Source: the human T2T-CHM13v2.0 reference genome, Homo sapiens. From it: a stretch of DNA of 64,000 nt. Where the stretch lies: assembly GCF_009914755.1 (NCBI RefSeq), contig NC_060933.1, one strand, 5' to 3'. Under the pieces are notes generated by a model. That model was not told the DNA's origin and did no database searches. It worked only from the letters and a program-made list of their open reading frames with translations. This document shows positions 46,120-64,000 of this stretch, piece by piece (positions within the stretch are counted from its first letter, which is position 1; each line of letters starts with the position of its first letter). The position numbers and the translations under genes were made by a program.

Positions 46120-46774
46120 TAGGATTACAGGCATTCACCACACGCCCGGCTAATTTTTGTATTTTTAGTAGAGATGGGTTTCACCATATTGGCCAGGCTG
46201 GTCTCAAACTCCTGACCTTGTGATCTGCCTGCCTCGGCCTCCCAAAGTGCTGGGATTACAGGCGTGAGCCACCGCACCTGGCCACATATGCTAATTTTTA
46301 GAGACATTGAATATAGTCAAAAGCAAAACAAGAAGATACAAAAAAAATGACTGATTATGGCAAGCTTCACTATGACTTATCATTACCTATCAGTAACATA
46401 ACCTTGATAAATCATTTGAGTTTGAACACTAAAATTTCTTCCAAAACCATGTGCATTCTGCCGCAGTTATTACTACCATATTAGATTCCCCCATAAACAG
46501 GAAGGAAGGTCCAAATAAGCTCAGTGGAATAAGAAAAATTAGAAGGAATCGTGAGTTTTGTTTTGTTAATGTGGCAGGTTTCTCCATGTGCCTGGTGGGC
46601 AAATGCAGAAATACCTTCTCCATTTTAGACGGTAGAGCTGGTCCTTACTTTGGACACAAACAGACAACATAATTTAGAGAAACTAGAATTGCCTTAGTTA
46701 TCATGTTTAGTTTGGGGAGTAAGTACATATGCCCCTTCTGAATTTTGGAATTTCATTTGATCCGCTTGCTCTTT

Positions 46775-46814
<40 letters not shown>

Positions 46815-47874
46815 AGAGAGAGGGTCTGGCTGTGTTGCCTAGGCCAGAGTACAGTGGCACAATCATGGCTTACTATTACAGCCTTGCTGCCAGCCTCAAG
46901 CGATCCTCCCATCTCAGCTTCCTGAGTAGCTGGGAGTATGTACACGCACCACCACGCCTGGCTAATATTTTGATTTTTTTTTTACACCATGCCTGGCTAA
47001 TATTCTGATTTTTTTTTTTTTTTTTTTTTTTTTGTAAAGACAAGGTCTCATGTTGCCCATGCTGGTCTTGAACTCCTGGGCCCAAGCAATCCTCCTGCCT
47101 TGGCCTCCCAAAGTGCTAGGATTACAGTCATGAGCCACTGTCCCTAGCCGTCTGTGACTTTTTACCAGATTAACTTGCTTGATTCTCCTTGTTCTTTTTG
47201 ATTTTGCTCCTGTGAACTTTGGTTCAGTAGCTGATTTAGTCACATTCATGTAGTGTTAAAAAGACTTTGTCATCATGTGAGGTTTTTCTTTTTCAGTAAT
47301 GACCATCCCAAAGTTGGGGCCTCACTTTACTCACTCACACTTCATACTGATACATAGTTAAGACTCTTATTGAGAGGAGGACAAAGGTCTAAAGAGGAAG
47401 GCAGGTCTGTTTTTCCAGTTGGGGGCACACCATGCTCTCTCTGTTGAGGGGTAGCAAGCTGTAGCTCGAGGGCAGTGTGAAAGTGAGCCTTCAAGAGGTA
47501 CAAAGAAAAAATGAAAGGTCAGTGGAGAAAATGTGGTATTTATAGCAACAAAAGAAATCTCCTTGCGAACTTCATTGAGCTTATGTCTAAAGATAGCAGT
47601 AGGGAGACCAGGGAGAAGAAAAGTTTGTAAAAGAAGTAAAATCAAGACACAAAGGTTTCCTGGCCCTTCTGTCCCCATCCTAGGCCATTCGTTTTCTCCA
47701 GTGTCACATGTAACCTTGTAGGTTAAAAAAAAAATGCATTTTTAAAGAGGAAAAAATAAATAAAATGTAACAGGAGAAAACAAGGCATTTGTACTTTTGC
47801 CACTGATTGCATTCCGAATAGTGAGCTCCTTGAGGTTGACCTGCTGCCTGACTGTGCCTGTCCTGTCATTGCAG

Positions 47875-47972
47875 GATGATGTGGGCAGCAGGGACCGTGG
47901 CTGCCATGTCCAGCATCACGTTTCCGGCAATCAGTGCCCTCGTCTCTCGGAATGCAGAGTCAGATCAGCAAG
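47875..47972 (+). CDS. MFSD14B: MFSD14B coding exon 10 (MMWAAGTVAAMSSITFPAISALVSRNAESDQQ)
   Basis: cattgcAG|GATGATG...CAAG|GTgagg; 98 nt, phase 2/1. Confidence 0.95.
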
Positions 47973-49956
47973 GTGAGGTCACTGCCCCCCACTTGTTTTT
48001 CTCCTTCAACGGGAGACCTCCCTGCTAGAAGCAGGAGCAGCTCTGAGTTCTCCCCATCAACAGCAGGAGCCGACAGCCATATGGCCCCTTTTATCATACC
48101 TATTTACTTTGGCAGATAGGAACATTCTATTTTCCTCTCTGCTTTGATCTTACACTTATATTTTTTAAAGCTAGACTTAGCAGTTCAGATTGCTAACAAT
48201 TAGAAATAGAACTATTCATTTTCCCTTTTCAGTTTTGATACATCTTTTCTTCTTTAGTGTCACAATTAAGCAGACTATAATCACATTTTAACAGATGTCT
48301 ATTAAATAATGAAAAACCAGTTAACCACGAGTTACTTAATTACTTTATTCACTAATTATTTGGAATAACTCAAAGTCTTTGAGCTTAATTTAGAAAATAG
48401 TTTGAGAGTAGTAAGAAAAAGTCTGTGTGGTTGTTGATAGATGTTGAGTGAGAGATGAAATTAAAATTAAGACTGCTATGTGGAAAATAGCATTCTACCA
48501 TCTAGATCCATATCCCATCCTTCCCGTGCCTCTGCTTCCCTTCCTGTCCTGTCTTGTCCTCCCTCCATCCCTTCTTCCCTCTTTTCCCACCCTTCCTCCC
48601 CCCACCCCCCACCTCCTACCCCTTACAGGGTCTCACTGTCACCCAGGCTGGAGTGTAGTGGTACAATCTTGGCTCCCTGCAGCCTCCGTCTCCTGGGCTC
48701 AAGTGATCTCCCAGTCACCCTCCCAAGTACCAGGGACTAGAGACGCACACTACCATGCCCAGCTAATTTTTTGTATTTTTAGTGGAGATGGGGTTTCGCC
48801 ATGTTGCCCAGCCTGGTCTCGAACTCCTGGGTTCAGTCTGCCTGCCTCGGCCTCTCAAAGTGCTGAGATTACAGGTGTGAGCCCCCATGCCTGGACTGCT
48901 TTCCTTTCAAGCAGTTCCCATGGCTAGATTTAATCTCTTTCCTTCTCTATCTCCTAATGGCTCACCTTATTGTATTCAGGAAGAAGTAGACAATTTTAGA
49001 GGGAGAAAAATTTTTTAATGCCTAAGAGCCCTTTTAAAAGTTTTAGTAAAAAACTATATTGGAAAGGATGGTTTATTCATTGCATTTTTTTTTTTCTATA
49101 TCAGAAGTTAGGTATCTTACTCAGATTCATTGTTAAATATTGTCCCTTGAAGACCACACATTCTGTATGTCACTCCTGGCTACAGTAACTCAGTTGGTTT
49201 GCATCCTTAGGGAGGTGCTGTGTCTGAAGTGAAGATGTGATGACCCATCCGTGGAGGACTGTCACTGCCTTGGCATCTGACAGACACCGTCCTGTCATTT
49301 GGGGCATGGATTTTCTTTTGACTTTTTATACTTATTCATGTCAATATACATGTTTCTAAATGTCAGCATATAAAAGTTTTGGAACACATTGTATTAGGCT
49401 GAATTATATACTACCATTTTTGATTTACAGAAACATTCATTTCATACAGTTCAAGCTAACTTTTTACTTGCTATGTTAGAAAGCAGAGATATTTAGGAAT
49501 TTGGCACTTCTGGGTTTTTCAGTGTAGGTCTCTAGGGAGATAGGCTGGAATACACCTGTGAAGATGAAGTCTGCCTACTGGGGACTGGTCTGTATTCCTG
49601 ACACCAGGGCTGCCAGAGGTGAAGGGCAAGTTTTTGTTGTGAAAGCACCAGTAAATGACCAGAGCAGGGAAATCTCAGTTGACAGAAAAGTGGACATTGC
49701 CTGAAATGGGAAGATATTAAAGTTTTGGATTGTATATGTTTTTATGATTTTATATGTTTTATATGGTTTTATTAGTTTTGGATTTTATTTTATAATGGAT
49801 AAAGTCTTCCTAATCTACTTTCATTAGCATGCTTTCTCCTCTTTTCCTCAGTCTTGCCGAATTAGTGTATCATGGTTATGAGAAAGTACTGTGCAGCTCC
49901 AAATCTTGAGATGCCTTTCTGAGAAGACTGGCATTATTTTCTTTGTTCTGATTTAG

Positions 49957-50099
49957 GAGTTGCCCAGGGGATCATAACTGGAATAAGAGGACTATGCAAT
50001 GGCCTGGGGCCAGCACTGTATGGCTTCATATTCTACATGTTCCATGTGGAACTGACTGAGTTGGGCCCGAAATTGAATTCTAACAACGTTCCCCTGCAG
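49957..50099 (+). CDS. MFSD14B: MFSD14B coding exon 11 (GVAQGIITGIRGLCNGLGPALYG...NNVPLQ)
   Basis: gatttAG|GAGTTG...CTGCAG|GTaatt; 143 nt, phase 1/0. Confidence 0.95.
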
Positions 50100-50795
50100 G
50101 TAATTTGGTCATAAGTCTAGTTTTGTAACAACAATTATGTATGATTATAGCAAAATCTTGTGACCTTAAATTTGGAGAGCATTCTTTCTTGTATGTTACT
50201 ATATTTTATTTGGCAGCAATAAGTATTGTGTTCATTGCTTCTCGGGATCAGGGAGGGGTCATTTTAGTGATTTAATATCTTATGTAAAAGATATGTCTTA
50301 ACTTTGTTCAGATTCTGTTTTCACCTACACAATCACTACACTATTCTCTGGATAAGCCCAGGCTAGTTAAAATTTGAAATGACCTAAAAATCCAGCTAAA
50401 AATTGAGGTAGGGTACTTTTTGTACTATTTATTTGAAATTTCTTCCCTTGTTCCCTCTAAGCCATATCTATACAAAGCTGGAATTAATGTTCATGTACAA
50501 AGGTGCATGATCTGAAGTCATAGGATGGGATTATAGGTAAACAGCTGTTGCTTACAAGCTTACAGTTTTGCTTAAGCTATTTGGAAGTGGTACAAAAAGC
50601 AGTTAATTAGTTGCCCTTTGTCATATTCCAAACACCAAGCTCTAGTGGAGTTTGCCTTGACATTTAATGAAACATTTGCTTATGAGAATATGATTCACTT
50701 TTTGGTGGTGTGTTTTTTTTGGGTAATCTAGGAATAATTTTGAGTTAAAAGACTAACTGTATTCTTTGTCTCCACTTGTTTTCCACATTCAACAG

Positions 50796-51047
50796 GGAGC
50801 TGTCATCCCAGGCCCGCCGTTTTTATTTGGGGCATGTATAGTCCTTATGTCTTTTCTGGTTGCCTTATTCATTCCTGAATACAGTAAAGCCAGTGGAGTT
50901 CAAAAACACAGTAACAGCAGCAGCGGCAGCCTGACCAACACCCCAGAACGGGGCAGTGATGAGGACATTGAGCCACTACTGCAAGACAGCAGCATCTGGG
51001 AGCTCTCTTCATTTGAGGAGCCTGGGAATCAGTGCACTGAGCTGTAA
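50796..51047 (+). CDS. MFSD14B: MFSD14B last coding exon (GAVIPGPPFLFG...EEPGNQCTEL stop)
   Basis: tcaacAG|GGAGCT; TAA ends at 51047 (ORF 50766..51047). The eleven exons sum to 1413 nt = 470 aa + stop. Confidence 0.96.
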   Translation, partial: GAVIPGPPFLFGACIVLMSFLVALFIPEYSKASGVQKHSNSSSGSLTNTPERGSDEDIEPLLQDSSIWELSSFEEPGNQCTEL

Positions 51048-52552
51048 ACTCGGCAGAAAGTGGGATTCTGCATACGCCATCTCTGAGAGCCATGGAGGGA
51101 GCCACACCCCTGGTGACTTCATGGTGCTGGATGGGAGACGCTAGCGGCATCCTTCAGGGCCAAGTTTGATAAATACCACCGCCATCATTCTGCTCATCCT
51201 CCTCCTGTTTTTTTTTTCTCTTACATTCTTTTTTTTTTTTCCTGTTTATACATTAGAACAAGATAAGATTTGAAATACTTCCTTGCAAATAATGTGCAAC
51301 TCCCAAGGTGAAACTCAAATAGAAAAAGTCATCTCTCTGGTAGAAAGGATGGCTTTCCTGTAATGACTATAGAGTAAGAGTGGCAGCAATCTTTCCATGC
51401 CCTTTTCAGCAGAAGGCACAGAACAGTAGCGGGACTGCCATCTCTGGCAAGATTTCAGGTAAAGAATCTCTTCTTAATTTCTACCTTCCTGTTTCTCTGA
51501 ATCAGCCCATAGGTGTTGATGAGTGGCCACTCTTAAAGAGTCACTCAGTATCAGGGATCTACTGTCTTTGTTCAAAGGTCAAATAAAAACCTAGTCTCCT
51601 TTTATTCTACTTTCTATTCTTAGCTAGAATGAAACTCAGCATATATACACTTCTGGACATAATAATATTGAATAGTAATTACCTTTACTAGATGAAAGAA
51701 ATTTTCATTACAAACTTAAATCATGTAAAACTCAACAACTCAGATTCCTGGACCTGGTGTCCTGGTTGGGTCCAAGGTGATTTTACAGAAGAAAAAAACA
51801 ACTCAAGCATTCTGGTGGCAACATAGAGATTGTAGGCTGCTTCTAAGAAAGTTATTAACAATTTGGAAATTCCTAAGTAGGATGAGAGTTAGTAACTGGA
51901 TACGAGTGAAGTTTATATCCAAGTTCAGACTCAAAGGCATTATTATGATTTGCTTCTTCCCATGTCTTCCATGTCCTGCTTCTCAAAGTTTTTCTCATCC
52001 ATCACACTCCTGCCTTAACTGCTCTGAGTATGCATTTGTTTTCAATTCATCTTTATTTCAATCTGTTTAACTTTTGAATCGCATGGGAATACGCACATTA
52101 AGTTCCTTTCTAAAATAAGGTTTTATGAAGCTGAGTGAGTTTCACGATAAGTGTCTTGCTATTTTTTGAGATGTTTTATGGACAAAGAAAACTTTACAGA
52201 TTTATATGTATTTTGCTGCACCAGTAAATGGACCATTAACTAGGTGACCTTTAACAGAGCACCCCTTTGAAAGTTTTATAGGTATGAAATATATGTAGAT
52301 ATTTGTAAAGGGTTTTAATTTTTTTTTTGATGGGGTGCTGTGTAAATCTTGTATTTATAAATGTAATGAAGGTATTGACAGAAAAAAATATATACAACTT
52401 TTATAAAGGATTGTGTACTGACTGAATACATTTAAAAGAAAATATATTTTGAAACCTGTTCTGCTATGAACAGAGATAACATATCTTTTTACTATGCTAT
52501 TGGTTTTTAGGTTAAGCTTCCTAATGCATAATAAATTTACAGTGGTTACTTT
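51048..52552 (+). other. MFSD14B: MFSD14B 3'UTR (about 1.5 kb, no recognisable interspersed repeats, U-rich)
   Basis: Follows the stop codon; ends after AATAAA; cleavage position is approximate. Confidence 0.75.
51582..51587 (+). terminator. Possible proximal polyadenylation signal
   Basis: AATAAA with U-rich downstream sequence; usage unverified. Confidence 0.35.
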
Positions 52553-52572
52553 TATGTCTTGTGTCTTTTTTT
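52530..52572 (+). terminator. Distal polyadenylation signal with downstream GU/U-rich element
   Basis: AATAAA at 52530-52535 followed by TTTATGTCTTGTGTCTTTTTT at about 52551-52572. Confidence 0.8.
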
Positions 52573-52761
52573 TTAAAGCAAATAGTATTGCTCTTTTGGG
52601 TTCTCTGTTGGGTGGCTTTCAATTAAACTGAGTTGTAATCTTTCAGCTGATGCAAAAGGTATGTATTTTCAAAAAAATTTTATTTTTAACAAAATTCCTT
52701 CAAAGTCTCCCTTCAAAAACATCGTAACTACAGATGCTCCTTGAAAAAAACATCGTAACTA

Positions 52762-53080
52762 CAGATGCTCCTTGACTTACCGATGGGGTTCCATCCTGAT
52801 AAGCCCATTGTAAGTTGAAAATATCATACATTGCAAATGCATTATTAACACAGCTTAGAAGCTTCAGCACTTTCGGTATCAGCACAGTAGAGTATTGGTT
52901 GGTTGTTTACCCTCCTGAGTGCATAGTGATTGGGAGCTGCAGCTCACTTGCCACTGCTCAATGTCACGAGAGAGTATCATACCACATATCGCCAGCCTGG
53001 GAAAAAAAATCAAAATTTGAAGTATGGTTTCTACTAAATGGGTATCGCTTTTATACTGTCATGAAGTTGGAGACCATCTG
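52762..53080 (+). mobile_element. MER47B (TcMar-Tigger MITE)
   Basis: TA|CAGATGCTCCTTGACTTAC...AAGTTGGAGACCATCTG|TA terminal inverted repeats with TA TSD. Confidence 0.8.
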
Positions 53081-53109
53081 TATTTTTATTTTTAAAAAGC
53101 AGGGACAGA

Positions 53110-53490
53110 ACAAAAACGCGTATATCCACGTTCATAGCATTCATAACAGCCAAAAGATGGAAAAAAACCTAAGTGGCCATTGACCGATGATGAATAGATA
53201 AGCAAAATAGGTATATCCATACAGCAGACTATTATTCAGCTTTAAAAAGGAAGGAAATTCTGACACGATACAAAATGGATGAGCATTTAACACATTATGC
53301 TAAGTGAAACAAGACAATCACAAAAAGACAAATACTATATGGTGCCACTTAATGATGTGCCTAGAGTAGTTAACGTTCAGAAAGCAGAGTAGTGCTCACC
53401 ACGGGCTGGGGGAGGGAGAAGTAGGAAGCTGTTATTTAATGGGTACAAAGTTTCATTTTGCAAGGTAAGAAAAGTTCTGGGATGGTAATG
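53110..53490 (+). mobile_element. L1MA/L1MB 3' end
   Basis: gttcatagcattcataacagccaaaagatggaaa...cacaaaaagacaaatactatatg. Confidence 0.75.
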
Positions 53491-53788
53491 GTTTTTTGAT
53501 AATGGTAGTTTTATGAATGTTCCCCATGTGCTTGAGAAGATGGTATTCTCTTAACTGTGAGAGTGTAAGGGCCAATGTATGTGCTGAACATCTATCTTAT
53601 TATGCTTGGTATTTTACACTTATTTTTGTCCAGTGAATGGACATCTCTGTGATGCTGAGTCTTGCTATCCAGGATTATGCTGTCTATCCATTTGTTAAGG
53701 TTTACTTTTAATATATAGTGTTCTGACATTTTTCTCAAACAGGAATTCTATATTTCATGTTGTTTATTTCTATTAGTGTCTACTGTGA

Positions 53789-54157
<369 letters not shown>

Positions 54158-54199
54158 AACAATTCTTTATCTAAGGTCATCCTCTATGGACCAGAGAAC

Positions 54200-58665
<4,466 letters not shown>

Positions 58666-58689
58666 AAAATGAAGTCTGCCACATTGACT

Positions 58690-62985
<4,296 letters not shown>

Positions 62986-62991
62986 ATGCAA

Positions 62992-63392
62992 ACCTGGGCA
63001 ACACAGTGAGACCCTGTTCTCTACTAAAAAAAAAAAATTTGGTGGTAAATGCTACCAGCTACTTAGGAGGCTGAGGTGGGAGGATTGCTTCCACCTGGGA
63101 GGTCAGTAAGTGTTGAGTGTGTTCTGACTGCTTCACTCACTGACTATTCCCCCATGTCCCTCCCTCTCTTTGGGCCTATTCTTTCAGATACAACGATGTT
63201 GAAATTAGGCCAATTAATTACCTTACAATGGCTTCTAAGTGTTTGAGTAAAAGGAAGAGATGTATGTCTCTCACTTTAAATCAAAAAGCTGCAGTGTGGG
63301 AGGTCAAGGCTGCAGTGAGCTGTGATGGCACCACTGCCCTCCAGCTTAGGAGACAAAATGAAACCATGTCTCAAAAAAAAAAAAAAAAAAAA
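62992..63392 (+). mobile_element. AluJ fragment interrupted by an inverted copy of adjacent Tigger1 sequence (63107-63290)
   Basis: ggaggattgctt...tgggaggtca [insert] tgggaggtcaaggctgcagtgagc...A-tail. Confidence 0.8.
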
Positions 63393-63399
63393 GAATTAC

Positions 63400-64000
63400 T
63401 GTATCGGGGGAACCAGCCCCCAATATTTCAATGTACATTCTTTTCTATTTTCCCTAAGTGTCGGCCGGTCTGAGAAATAAAGGGAAAGAGTACAAAAGAG
63501 AGAAATTTTAAAGCTTGGTGTCCAGGGGAGACATCACATGTTGGCAGGTTCCGTGATGCCCCGAGCCGCAAAACCAGCAAGTTTTTATTATGGATTTCAA
63601 AAGGGGAGGGGTGTACGAATAGGGTGTGGCTCACAGAGATCACATGCTTCAAGGGCAATAACATCACAAGGCAAATGGGGGCAGAGTGAGATCACAGGAC
63701 CAGGGTGAAATTAGAATTGCTGATGAAGTTTCATGTCCCACTGGGCATGCATTATCATTGATAACACCTTATCAGGAAACAGGGTTTGAGAGCAGACAAC
63801 CGGTCTAATTAAAATTTACTAGGCAGGAATTTCCTAATCCTAATAGGCCTGGGGGTGCTACAGGAGACCGGGGCTTATTTCATCCCTTATCTTCAACCAT
63901 ATAACACAGACATTCCCAGAGCGGCCATTTTAGAGACCTCCCCCTAGGAATGCATTCTCTTTCTCAGGGCTGTTCCTTGCTGAGAAAAAGAATTCAGCGA
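63400..64000 (-). mobile_element. MER11 (ERVK-class) LTR, runs off the window
   Basis: Minus strand ends GGGGGCTGGTTCCCCCGATACA; ctaagtgtcggccggtctgagaaataaag motif. Confidence 0.8.

Noticed and set aside
48448-48927. Longest ORF in the track (159 aa, Pro/Leu-rich)
   Set aside because: Made of a stop-poor polypyrimidine tract plus an antisense AluJ

Overview
Human (Alu-rich primate) genomic DNA carrying the 3' eleven coding exons of MFSD14B (HIATL1, an MFS transporter) on the + strand. I spliced the exons by hand (6823-51047): all introns are GT-AG, phases are consistent, and they give 470 codons plus stop. Exon 1 lies upstream of the window. The 3'UTR runs to an AATAAA at 52530-52535. Introns and flank are mostly interspersed repeats: about 45 Alus, old L1M, one L1PA, L2, Tigger1, MER1B, MER47B, MER75, LTR8, MER77-like, MST, MLT1 and MER11. 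Nearly all other ORFs in the track are Alu, L1 or Tigger artefacts. I see no new gene system. The unusual structures are: (1) an antisense YRDC processed pseudogene whose 16-bp TSD also encloses a second copy of its own 3'UTR/Alu fused to its 5' end; (2) an unidentified TSD-flanked retrocopy at 14.9-15.5 kb; (3) two old local inverted duplications (16.2-17.1 kb and 62.6-63.3 kb); (4) a degenerate triplication forming the exon 6 acceptor, with decoy splice sites; (5) a long 3'UTR hairpin. Repeat subfamily names and parental protein comparisons come from memory and need RepeatMasker/BLAST confirmation. Repeat boundaries are approximate unless a TSD is quoted.
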